DNA of 64,000 nucleotides from Eubacteriales bacterium (GTDB lineage Bacteria; Bacillota; Clostridia; Lachnospirales; Lachnospiraceae): NCBI GenBank assembly GCA_030539055.1, contig JAUNSV010000005.1, positions 26,574 to 90,573 of the forward strand, read 5' to 3'. Shown piece by piece: positions 18,059 to 26,782 of this stretch (position 1 is its first letter; each line of letters starts with the position of its first letter). The notes under the pieces were generated by a model. It saw only the letters and a program-made list of their open reading frames with translations, ran no database searches and was not told where the DNA came from. The position numbers and the translations under genes were made by a program.

Positions 18059-18149
18059 TTATCTGCATATAATATCAATAATATTGTGCAGATAATTCAT
18101 TTAATCTATTGAATATCTGCATATATTTTACTATAATTATGTGCAGATA
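18059..18149 (+). repeat. Two tandem ~37-bp hairpin-forming palindromic units (TATCTGCA...TGCAGATA)
   Basis: Unit 1: TTATCTGCA (18059..18067) / TGCAGATAA (18087..18095). Unit 2: TATCTGCATATA (18114..18125) / TATGTGCAGATA (18138..18149). The arm mismatches become G-U pairs only on the plus strand. Confidence 0.6.
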
Positions 18150-18244
18150 GTGAGATGCAAAAAAAAATAAAACAATCATATCAAAAATTAATTTCCTCAT
18201 CAAATATATAAACACATTTACAATAAATGGTGTTATTTTGACTT

Positions 18245-19189
18245 TTATTCTACTGTGCTCTCATTCTCTATCCAAACTAATGCTTTATCAAGCAGTTCAG
18301 GCTCGGTCAAATGAATGTAATGACCGCTTTTCTCAGCTGTCAGATGCAATGTTTTAGTGACAAATGAAAGATATTCCATCATCAATGACTGCCATAGCGA
18401 CTCTACCTTTTTTGCAAATTCCTCGTTCGTTTCTCCGAACTCCATAATCTCTTTGATTTCAAAGGTACTTCCATGAGTAATAAGCACGAGAGGAACATTT
18501 GGAAAGCCAGCTTTTGTAAGCAAGTTCTCAATCTCCGATGTTTCATGAGCTAAGCTATATTCTTCAAGTGCTGCACGATGCAGTTCAGGGTGCGTTAGTT
18601 CTTGCAAAATATTTCGTTCAGCTTCGGTGGAAAAATTATGATAGTAGTAAAAAGGAGGAGCTTTTCGCATAATGGATTTGATAACAAAGCCTAGATGTAG
18701 TTTCGCTAGCTTCTCCATTATACGGAAATTCGCAGATTTATCAAACCCAGACATACGCTGTTCCTTTGGAGACTGAAAGACGGTTTTATAATAGCTGTCA
18801 TTTGCAGAAAGTGGGTCAAGTAAAATGATTCCCTTAACTGATTCTGGATAAAGCCTTGCGAACTGTTGGGCATACAACCCACCCTGGGAATGGGCTAGCA
18901 GAATTAACTTGTCCGCATAACCAAGGTTACACAGCAGCTCATGACATTCCACTGCGATATTTCGAGGGATGCGAGGAATATCCACATTTCGACCACGACT
19001 GTACAACAGTACGGTATAATGTTCGGATAAATGCTCTGCAAGATGATACCACTCTCCAAGAGTCGCACCTAAACCCATCTCTATTACGAGATTAATTTTT
19101 CCACTTCCAAATATGTGATATATAATTTTTGGATTACAAACTTTGGCTTGCTCGAAAAACATAAGATGTCTCTCCTTATCAGATAACAT
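18245..19189 (-). CDS. Alpha/beta-fold hydrolase
   Basis: 314 aa with nucleophile elbow LLAHSQGG. About 42% G+C in a hand-counted 60-nt sample, against ~20% for the backbone. Confidence 0.75.
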   Translation of the reverse strand: MLSDKERHLMFFEQAKVCNPKIIYHIFGSGKINLVIEMGLGATLGEWYHLAEHLSEHYTVLLYSRGRNVDIPRIPRNIAVECHELLCNLGYADKLILLAHSQGGLYAQQFARLYPESVKGIILLDPLSANDSYYKTVFQSPKEQRMSGFDKSANFRIMEKLAKLHLGFVIKSIMRKAPPFYYYHNFSTEAERNILQELTHPELHRAALEEYSLAHETSEIENLLTKAGFPNVPLVLITHGSTFEIKEIMEFGETNEEFAKKVESLWQSLMMEYLSFVTKTLHLTAEKSGHYIHLTEPELLDKALVWIENESTVE

Positions 19190-19610
19190 TTCTTACCTCG
19201 CTCTCTACTATATTGAAACGCATAAATTCTGGAATAACTTCTTTACACGCCTTTTTTTTACATCATCACTTTTTAAAACTGAGGCTAAAGCCAAAATACT
19301 TGATGGATAAATTATTTCTTCCAACTTGCATCTACGAATATCATCATATTTTGTACAAAGACTCACTTTATTTTCTGCACTAATATAATCAAGCATAGCA
19401 AGCAAATACAAACATTCGGGATACCATTCCATATTGAAATATTTTCTTATATCATCATCTTTCAATGTTTCTATTAAAAAATCTCTATCGCCAAGATTTT
19501 TTAGCCTATGGCAAACATTGCTTTTAAAAAGTTCAAAATCGCAACGCTTTTCAAAACAAGGAGCAAGCAAGGCTTGACAGCAATTCTTTTGTGATATTTT
19601 TCCTTTTCAT
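19179..19610 (-). pseudogene. Decayed gene with at least two frameshifts
   Basis: ATG 19610 gives MKRKNITKELLSSLACSLF-stop. The listed ORF 19208..19570 continues in another frame. After the T8 tract (19252..19259) a third frame reads KACKEVIPEFMRFNIVESEVRNVI and ends at TGA 19181..19179, inside the hydrolase start. Confidence 0.55.
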
Positions 19611-19643
19611 TATCACATTAATATACATCTTGTTTACCTCCTC

Positions 19644-19982
19644 CTATAAAAAATCAAAACAATAAAGCTTTATGGTATCAATATTATCTAATTTATTTAC
19701 AATTGTTTTTGTAGCTTTGATTTTTTTGTCAGCATACAAAACTACATCTTTTATAACAAGCTTTTGAATTGCTGAGATGAGTGTTTCCATCATAGAAAAA
19801 TCTATTTTGCCATTTCGGCAAGGCAATTTTATTTTGAAATCTTCATTCTTTAGTTTAGAACTTGAAAGTTGATTTCCATATGAATATTTTCCTTCAAAAT
19901 ATTTATTTAACACACTTGATATAAAAACTCCCTCTTGTTTTGTAAAATTATGATTCTTTAATTTTAGAGTATGAACTTTCAT
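19644..19982 (-). CDS. Hypothetical protein (112 aa)
   Basis: ORF only. No family confidently recognised. Confidence 0.35.
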   Translation of the reverse strand: MKVHTLKLKNHNFTKQEGVFISSVLNKYFEGKYSYGNQLSSSKLKNEDFKIKLPCRNGKIDFSMMETLISAIQKLVIKDVVLYADKKIKATKTIVNKLDNIDTIKLYCFDFL

Positions 19983-20109
19983 TTCTACGCTAGCACGATA
20001 TGGATGGTAATAAGAAATTCCAAAAAAATTTATACTTAAAAAGTGTACTGGTCAAACTTTTTTATATATCTTATTTCATTTTATTTATTCATTATACTTT
20101 TTGTATATC

Positions 20110-20355
20110 TCATTTCTTTTTCTTATGTCCTGTAATAATCGTAAAACTATATGCATTTATTGTTAAAATTAAATCCCTTACAAGTACATAATAGTTTTTA
20201 CCTTTTCTTTCAATAATAGCTTCCTTTCTTTTGATTTTTGATTTGCACCATTTTACTACATCTTCTGTATCTAGCGACAAATTCTTTTTTATTCTTACAA
20301 TACCTAATTCTGTTGTATGTATTTTATTTATATTTTTTATCAATTCATTATCCAT
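20110..20355 (-). CDS. DUF3781-like small protein
   Basis: 81 aa. IHTTELGIVRIKKNL...VKWCK...GKNYYV...TINAYSFTIITGHK resembles DUF3781 from memory. Confidence 0.55.
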   Translation of the reverse strand: MDNELIKNINKIHTTELGIVRIKKNLSLDTEDVVKWCKSKIKRKEAIIERKGKNYYVLVRDLILTINAYSFTIITGHKKKK

Positions 20356-20613
20356 TTAAATACTCCTAAAAAAATAAAAATTAACTATTCTTAAATTTAT
20401 ATTATACTATATTATTTCAAATTTAAAAACATCTTTTTGTATGTATATGTATAATACCTCTAATTATATGTATAAGTATATAAGAATATATCATCTTACT
20501 TGTATTAATTGTGTATATTGTGATATAATATTTATTAATAAAATTCAAATCAAATAATAATCTTAAGTATTCCTGTAAATATAATGTTGTAGTGTACTAA
20601 GAAAGGAGTAATT

Positions 20614-20832
20614 ATGCTATATATTGATCCAGACATTTTACTTCCAGACAATCTTCCGAAAGGATTAAAAGAAGATATTTCTAATCTTGAAAAATACTAT
20701 AATGAAAATAATGAAAATGAATATTGGCTACAACTTGATGTAGTAGAATTTAATACAAAAGCGTATCAAATAAATGGTAAAATAAGCAAGAATGATTTAC
20801 AGCTTATTTTTAGGAAATATGGTTTTGCTTAG
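20614..20832 (+). CDS. Hypothetical 72-aa protein, upstream partner of the HipA-like kinase
   Basis: AAAGGAG RBS. Its stop lies 11 nt before the kinase ATG. No HTH recognised. Confidence 0.5.
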   Translation: MLYIDPDILLPDNLPKGLKEDISNLEKYYNENNENEYWLQLDVVEFNTKAYQINGKISKNDLQLIFRKYGFA

Positions 20833-20843
20833 AAAGGAATAAA

Positions 20844-21836
20844 ATGGAACTAATAAATTTTGATAATTGTAAATGTAGTCATATTGATTATGGTGGAAAT
20901 GCTGGAAGAAAAGAAGGCATAATATATAATGGTGAAAATTATCTTCTTAAATATGCTGGAAACCTTCGAGATAATGAGATGAAAAACATTTCATTGTATT
21001 ACTCTAATAGTCCACTCTGTGAATGTATTGGCTCTTATATATACGAACAACTTGGGATTCCAGTACATAAAACTTTTTTAGGGATAAGAACTATTTACAA
21101 TAAAACCGAAATTGTAGTTGCTTGTAAAGATTTTTGTGATAGAAGTAAAGCTGAATATATTTCTCCTTTCCATAATTTAAAAGTAACTTTTAAACCTGAA
21201 TTTACAGACTCAAATGGAGAGCACACAAATGGAGGTGGATGCGACTTACAAGAGGTTTTGCTTACAATAAAAAACCATCATGAATTAAAGCTGTTACAGA
21301 ATGAAGTGTTAGAAAGATTTTGGGATATGTTTGTTATTGATTCATTGATTGGAAATGGTGATAGAAACAATGAAAACTGGGGATTAATCAAATCTTTTAG
21401 TTCAAAAGATATTAGACTTGCACCTGTATATGATAATGGAAATTGTTTAACAAATAAATGGTCTGATGATAAAATGAAAAGTGTCCTAAGAGATAAAGAG
21501 TCTTTAAAAACAGAAGCGTATGATGGTAGGCGATGCATTTTTACATTACATAACAAACAAATCAATCCATATCATTACATATTAAATTGTAACGACCAAG
21601 ATTGTAATAAAGCAATAAAAAAACTTGTTCCGAAAATTATTAACTTAGATTTGAAAAGAATATTAAGTGAATTTCCAATAATATCAGAAATACAAAAAAA
21701 ATTTTTTCAAGTAATAATGGAAGAGAGAATAAAAAGTGTTCTTCAACTTGCGTTAGAAAAAATAGTTAATATGGAAAAAACAATAAATAAAAATATATCT
21801 AAAAATCCAAATAAACTTTATAAAAGAATATTATAA
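20844..21836 (+). CDS. HipA_C-like Ser/Thr kinase-fold protein (short form, 330 aa)
   Basis: Gly-rich loop DYGGNAGRKEG followed by YLLKY. Catalytic-loop-like LIGNGDRNNENWG (D173 = 21360..21362). LAPVYDNG matches the HipA LAPxYD segment. Confidence 0.65.
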   Translation: MELINFDNCKCSHIDYGGNAGRKEGIIYNGENYLLKYAGNLRDNEMKNISLYYSNSPLCECIGSYIYEQLGIPVHKTFLGIRTIYNKTEIVVACKDFCDRSKAEYISPFHNLKVTFKPEFTDSNGEHTNGGGCDLQEVLLTIKNHHELKLLQNEVLERFWDMFVIDSLIGNGDRNNENWGLIKSFSSKDIRLAPVYDNGNCLTNKWSDDKMKSVLRDKESLKTEAYDGRRCIFTLHNKQINPYHYILNCNDQDCNKAIKKLVPKIINLDLKRILSEFPIISEIQKKFFQVIMEERIKSVLQLALEKIVNMEKTINKNISKNPNKLYKRIL

Positions 21837-22585
21837 ATTGCATTTAATATTTTATCTTCATTTGAATCATTGTCTGTATATAGTTTTACATCATACTTTA
21901 TCCCTCGATGTTGCAAACATAAATCAAGAAAGCATAAAAAAATTCCAATATCAATTTGATTATAAAAAGACACTTTAGTGAATGGCATTATGCCTCTCTT
22001 ACCTTTCTTTTTGTAACGATATACATTTAAAGTATTATCAATATGTTCTACTAACCAAGGTTGAGTATTACAAGCACTGGGTGCAAATCTAATAATATCA
22101 GCGATTCCATCAAGTGGTTTTCCTATCCAAATTTCATCAATAGATTTTCGTTTACTTTTAAACATATCTTTACGAAATTTGTTTTCATCAATTACTTTTT
22201 TTATTGCGAACATAATAACAAAATCAAGTCCATCAAGTGATGCTTCATTAGCTTTTCCCATGCCATACCAAAGTGTGCCAATATTTTTTGAAACTAGGTA
22301 TAAATCTAGTTGCTCACCTAAGTATCCAATATTTTGCAAATAATTATTTTTTTTCTCACTATATAGTAAAATACAGAATTGCTGTCCTCTTCTACAAGTA
22401 GTTTCATTTGTAGGAACTATTTTAATTGCTGTTTTTATATTAGGATATAGCGGGATAAATGTCTTAAATGCCTCTTTAATATTCTCAATATCATTTTCAA
22501 ATATAATATCGTTTCCTATATTCCTAAATAAATGAAATGATTTCCTTTTAAAAATCACATTGTACAATTCGTTGTTTAAGTTCAT
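21818..22585 (-). CDS. Nitroreductase-family protein
   Basis: 255 aa. RKSFHLFRN near the N-terminus and APSACNTQPW. Converges on and overlaps the kinase gene by 19 nt. Confidence 0.75.
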   Translation of the reverse strand: MNLNNELYNVIFKRKSFHLFRNIGNDIIFENDIENIKEAFKTFIPLYPNIKTAIKIVPTNETTCRRGQQFCILLYSEKKNNYLQNIGYLGEQLDLYLVSKNIGTLWYGMGKANEASLDGLDFVIMFAIKKVIDENKFRKDMFKSKRKSIDEIWIGKPLDGIADIIRFAPSACNTQPWLVEHIDNTLNVYRYKKKGKRGIMPFTKVSFYNQIDIGIFLCFLDLCLQHRGIKYDVKLYTDNDSNEDKILNAIYNILL

Positions 22586-22687
22586 AATTTTGTCCTCACT
22601 TCCTATATGATTATTTGGCTACATCTTGTTCTTTTAATGCTTCAATCATTTGTTTAGCAATAACTACAGATAGTTACGAAAGCCTAT

Positions 22688-23752
22688 TTATATTTCAATT
22701 AGAACTCTCCATCTACCATTTCGTTTTCCTTTTTCTCTACAAATGATGTTCTTCTCTTGCATTTCTACAGTTCTTCGTTTTACTGTCCTTTCTGGTATTC
22801 CAGTTGATTCAGAAATTTTCTTTTGTGTAGCTGTTGGATCAGATAATAACAACTTAATAATTAATAATTCTTCTGGAGTTAATTTCAAAGTGCCACTTTG
22901 GCTCTTTGAAACAGCTAGAGTGGCACTTTGAACAGATTGTTCACTAATATGCATACTTCTATTATGAAGCGCATTTTTCTTATTTAATAATAAATTTTGT
23001 AAAAATAACTCTAAATAATCTGTTGTCTTATGAATGCCATTCTTTAAATCATTATAATTTGCCCTAACAAGGGCATTTCTAAAGTACCAAGAATTCTCCG
23101 CAAAAATATCATTTGTTGCATCAAAACCTAAAGTTCTTAGATATTTTATGAAAAATACAGCTGTTGTTCTCGTATTACCTTCGCCAAATACATGAATCTG
23201 CCATAGCCTTGATACAAATAAAGCAAGATGGTGAATAATTTCATCCATAGATAAATTCTTATAATTGTAGTTTTTCTCTTCTGACAAATCATAATCTAAA
23301 GTAGCTCTAAGCTCTGAGGCACTCCCATATAACACGGTTGCACCATTTAACACCCATTCCTTTTTTGTGATATTATAATCTCTAATTTTGCCTGCATGAT
23401 TATAAATACCTAAAAAAAGTTTTTTGTGAATAAAAATATATTCATTAGGCGTAAAACTAAAAGCATTTTCAGAAAGAATCTTTGCTATTCTCACTGCTAC
23501 TTTATCTGCCTCCTCCGTTCGATCTTCATTATGAAATTTAGGATTTTCTTCATAATACCTATTTAAAATTTCTTGTGCTTCATCTATCGAAATATCACCT
23601 TGAATATTTTTTATTGCTGTATCAATCAAATATTCTGATGGTTTTAATCCATCAACAGCTTGAAGACCAATTGCAGTCTTCCAGGCATACCTTTTCTCAT
23701 ATTTACTCGGGTCTATTTGTTTTTTATATTCCTTAAATGGATCTTTATCCAT
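22688..23752 (-). CDS. Fic-domain protein with a variant active-site motif and a C-terminal winged-HTH
   Basis: 354 aa. HVFGEGNTRTT occupies the position of HxFx(D/E)GNGRxxR. C-terminal TQKKISESTGIPERTVKRRTVEMQEKNIICREKGKRNGRWRV. Confidence 0.75.
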   Translation of the reverse strand: MDKDPFKEYKKQIDPSKYEKRYAWKTAIGLQAVDGLKPSEYLIDTAIKNIQGDISIDEAQEILNRYYEENPKFHNEDRTEEADKVAVRIAKILSENAFSFTPNEYIFIHKKLFLGIYNHAGKIRDYNITKKEWVLNGATVLYGSASELRATLDYDLSEEKNYNYKNLSMDEIIHHLALFVSRLWQIHVFGEGNTRTTAVFFIKYLRTLGFDATNDIFAENSWYFRNALVRANYNDLKNGIHKTTDYLELFLQNLLLNKKNALHNRSMHISEQSVQSATLAVSKSQSGTLKLTPEELLIIKLLLSDPTATQKKISESTGIPERTVKRRTVEMQEKNIICREKGKRNGRWRVLIEI

Positions 23753-23795
23753 ACTTTTATCTCCATTCTTGTATTATGATTCACAAATACTTTTT

Positions 23796-24128
23796 TTATA
23801 TTCCTAAATTCTTAAATGCATCGGGATTGTTTGAGAGTATCTCTTTTATCGTTTTACATTCATCAAATTCAAAACAATCCTTGCAAGTTCTCACATTTTT
23901 TTTACTAGCACACTTACGAATTTCGCATTGCTTTTCGCAAAATTCAATTTTCCTCCCATCACTACGACAACCCTCACAAATCATTTGATCTAGCAAAACA
24001 GAAAGATCATTTGACTCTGCCCATAATTTTGCATCGTTTCTATGCAATGCTTGTTTGTTATTTACAGTAGCAAGGTATACCTTGCACTTTTCACAGTCAA
24101 ATCCGCAATATGCAATCGTATTCTTCAT
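23796..24128 (-). CDS. Cys-rich DUF3795-like protein
   Basis: 110 aa. CGFDCEKCKVY... and later CEGC/CEKQC clusters. Confidence 0.6.
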   Translation of the reverse strand: MKNTIAYCGFDCEKCKVYLATVNNKQALHRNDAKLWAESNDLSVLLDQMICEGCRSDGRKIEFCEKQCEIRKCASKKNVRTCKDCFEFDECKTIKEILSNNPDAFKNLGI

Positions 24129-24469
24129 TATTTTTTATTCCTACATTTCGCATTTTTCTTTTTTATTATCGGACTCGGAAGCTCTTCATACATAGCCTTA
24201 AATAAACCAGCTAAATATTCCCTACTATCAACATCATCTACAAGTAGCATCTGCTTTGCTCCATCATATGGCAATTCTAGTTGTGCATTTGGCATATATG
24301 TTTTTGCTGAATTAACAGGTTTTACAAGAAGCCTATTATCATAAATTCCACCTACTATTTTTGTTTTATAGTAGAGTATGTACTCTCCCATCATTTTTTT
24401 ATATGTTACATCTTCTAATTCGGATAACTGTTCCAAGATAAATTCCAAATATTCTTTACTCGATGCCAT
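24128..24469 (-). CDS. TfoX N-terminal-domain protein
   Basis: 113 aa. SKEYLEFILEQLSELEDVTYKKMMGEYILYYKTKIVGGIYDNRLLVK. Confidence 0.65.
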   Translation of the reverse strand: MASSKEYLEFILEQLSELEDVTYKKMMGEYILYYKTKIVGGIYDNRLLVKPVNSAKTYMPNAQLELPYDGAKQMLLVDDVDSREYLAGLFKAMYEELPSPIIKKKNAKCRNKK

Positions 24470-24878
24470 TTGCAGGTTCCTCTCTTACATTCAATGCTTT
24501 TTGTAAATCTAAAATAAATTGATTTTGCTGTTTTTTTAAATACATTTTCACAAATGGCTTCATAATGATTTTTTTTGCTATTATACTTTCTGTGAAATCA
24601 ATTTCTGTTTGTCCATTTTTAGAATTAAATATACCAATCCAATGGCCTTTCATATTGGAATTTTCCATATCAAATTCCCATCTCTTACAAGGTTCACTTT
24701 TTGTGATTGTAAAATATGTTTTAAATCCTTCTTTTGTATATTCAACAAACTCCTTTTCATTTATTACTTCTATCTTACTCAAATCACTACGCCAAGAATA
24801 ATTATTGAGTGATGTTACTGTATCCCATACTTTCTTAATATCAGCATGAAAAATGCATTTTATATTTGATGTTGGCAT
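24456..24878 (-). CDS. SRPBCC-superfamily protein
   Basis: 140 aa. Pattern IKKVWDTVTSLNNYSWRSDLSKIE typical of SRPBCC/AHSA1-like proteins. Confidence 0.55.
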   Translation of the reverse strand: MPTSNIKCIFHADIKKVWDTVTSLNNYSWRSDLSKIEVINEKEFVEYTKEGFKTYFTITKSEPCKRWEFDMENSNMKGHWIGIFNSKNGQTEIDFTESIIAKKIIMKPFVKMYLKKQQNQFILDLQKALNVREEPANGIE

Positions 24879-24977
24879 AAGATAATTCTCCTTATAAATA
24901 TCAAATTGTTATATTTACTTTTATTATCTAATTGAATCCTGATATCTCTCTACTTTTTCTTCTAAATTTAGATTTTT

Positions 24978-25266
24978 CTATTTTAATATTTTTAGTAGTA
25001 AAGCGAACAATTCCTTGTCCTCATTAATATACAATTCTACCAGCAGTTCATCACACTTTTGAATTTGTGAGATGGCAATATGACAAGCAGATGAACCTAC
25101 ACTAAAATTCATCCAGTGGTCTGTGGATGGTTTTCTACGATTAAAATTTTTTGCAAATTTTTCATTTTGAAAAGCATATTAACAAGCAAGGCATAAAATC
25201 TATTGCTTCATGTGGCCACACAGTCCTAAGATCTTTAATTTCTTCTAATATTCCTAATGCTTTCAT
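24978..25266 (-). pseudogene. Remnant of a DUF4268-like gene (stops plus an internal deletion)
   Basis: ATG 25266 gives MKALGILEEIKDLRTVWPHEAIDFMPCLLICFSK-stop. Another frame gives DHWMNFSVGSSACHIAISQIQKCDELLVELYINEDKELFALLLKILK and ends at TAG 24980..24978. Confidence 0.5.
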
Positions 25267-25456
25267 TCTGCATTTTCTCCAAAGACTACTCAAGTAATTT
25301 CATTAATAATATAATCAATTGTATCACACTTTATGCTCTTTTTCAATTTACATAGTCTAATGTTTACAAACAAATAAAAAACACCTTCCATCTTTGTTGG
25401 ATGTGAAGGCATTTTTTGATACCCAATTAATTGAGTGAATTATAGCCTGATATATT

Positions 25457-25891
25457 TTATGAGATTGATATAAATTTCTCCATATAGTGATAGAATGTTT
25501 GCGATGTCAAAAAAATTTGTTGGCCGGCAGTTAACCTGACGGCGGAGGTAGGAGTCGCATAGAAGTATGGTGTGCTCATGCTTGCATTACCACTAGGCTG
25601 GTTGATTGCGAGACAGGCGCCAAGTGACACTCTGCGCCCATCAACGGCGAGCTGCCAAAATGTGTCAGTGCCGCTATCTAACAATGCGCTGAACTGCATG
25701 CAGAACCATCCAGAATTTATTATAGTTATATTATAATTCGTGCTCCAGGTCTGGTTAGTGTAGATTTGTGCGTCCAGTGAAGCCGCATTTAAGTAACCGT
25801 AACGCCCAGTGCCGCCTTTTGTTGTTATAGTAAATTTGTTATTTATGGTATTTTTTGTAATAGTGATGGTAGTATAAAAGTATAATCTCAA
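25457..25891 (-). pseudogene. GC-rich foreign fragment; open frame resembling a C1q/BclA-C-terminal-type jelly-roll domain, with no usable start
   Basis: The frame opens with TTG immediately after the upstream TAA, with no SD and no nearby ATG. The core 25520..25820 is about half G+C (34/60 in one hand count). Peptide ...FWQLAVDGRRVSLGA...VRLTAGQQIFL. Confidence 0.4.
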
Positions 25892-26692
25892 TTAATTCAA
25901 TTTATTTTTATATTTCTCCAACTCATTAACAGAAATATCTGGGTGGTGGTAATGTACTTGCTCATTTTTACCCTCGTATTGAATTGCTTTAACTGGGCAA
26001 TAATGAAAACAAGCAAAACAACTCTGACATTTATATTGCCATACTGGCTTTCCATCTACTAATTTAATATTATCACAAGAACATACTCTCTCACATATTC
26101 CACAACTAGTACATTTATCACTTATTTTAAAATTCTTATCCTCTCCTGATACTCTTTTAATAAATGGTGCATTACTGCTTTCCATAAATGACCTAATTGG
26201 TTCTATATCAAAATGATTTTTTGACTGATTAACCATTTCTATTATCTTTTTAATCTTTTTATGAGAAGCTGTAATTATTTTTTTTTGCTTTTCTATCTTA
26301 CACACTGATGCAAATGTAAAATCATTCATTGGCATATGTAAATAACTTCCCATATTAAGTGTAACTTTTTTATTATTCAAATATTTTTTCATTTGAACAA
26401 TAGCTCCACCTTTTAAATTCCATCCCATTGTACATATCATATAAACATATTCTGGATGTATCAAAACAAGCTTTTCCATAAATTCATGAAGTATTTTAGG
26501 CATTCCCAAATAATACAATGGAAATACTATTCCTACTTTATTTGCATCACATATTATTTCTTTACTTTTTTCTTTCTCACACTTTTTCATTATAGATGCT
26601 ATAGAGTAAACTTCTGCTCCATTTTTTTCTAATTCTTTTGCTACATTTAAAGAATTACCTGTTCCACTAAAATAATATACTATGTGTTTCAT
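25892..26692 (-). CDS. EFR1-type flavodoxin-like / 2x[4Fe-4S] ferredoxin protein
   Basis: 266 aa. VYYFSGTGNSLNVA plus CTSCGICERVC and CQSCFACFHYCP. Confidence 0.75.
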   Translation of the reverse strand: MKHIVYYFSGTGNSLNVAKELEKNGAEVYSIASIMKKCEKEKSKEIICDANKVGIVFPLYYLGMPKILHEFMEKLVLIHPEYVYMICTMGWNLKGGAIVQMKKYLNNKKVTLNMGSYLHMPMNDFTFASVCKIEKQKKIITASHKKIKKIIEMVNQSKNHFDIEPIRSFMESSNAPFIKRVSGEDKNFKISDKCTSCGICERVCSCDNIKLVDGKPVWQYKCQSCFACFHYCPVKAIQYEGKNEQVHYHHPDISVNELEKYKNKLN

Positions 26693-26782
26693 ACTTTCCT
26701 CCCATTAAAACCTTTCATTAATTATAATAATTTTAAATCCTTTTTCGTTAGTAATTAAAAAATAAATAACAAAAAGTCCCTT

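Noticed and set aside
19644-19982. The 112-aa ORF as a fragment of a restriction specificity or nuclease subunit that could partner the nearby methyltransferase.
   Set aside because: There is only a vague resemblance (KIKLP...GKIDFSMMETLI). I cannot name a family with confidence. It is also 2.2 kb away from the MTase, across unrelated genes.
25520-25820. The GC-rich patch as a structured ncRNA (RNase P RNA, tmRNA, SRP RNA or a large riboswitch).
   Set aside because: None of the hallmark strings I know is present on either strand: GAGGAAAGUCC for RNase P, the GGGG...tRNA-like end with CCA for tmRNA, or the SRP domain IV motif. Only short local hairpins are visible. A long open frame with a plausible beta-sandwich peptide fits better. 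This is not excluded without cmscan.
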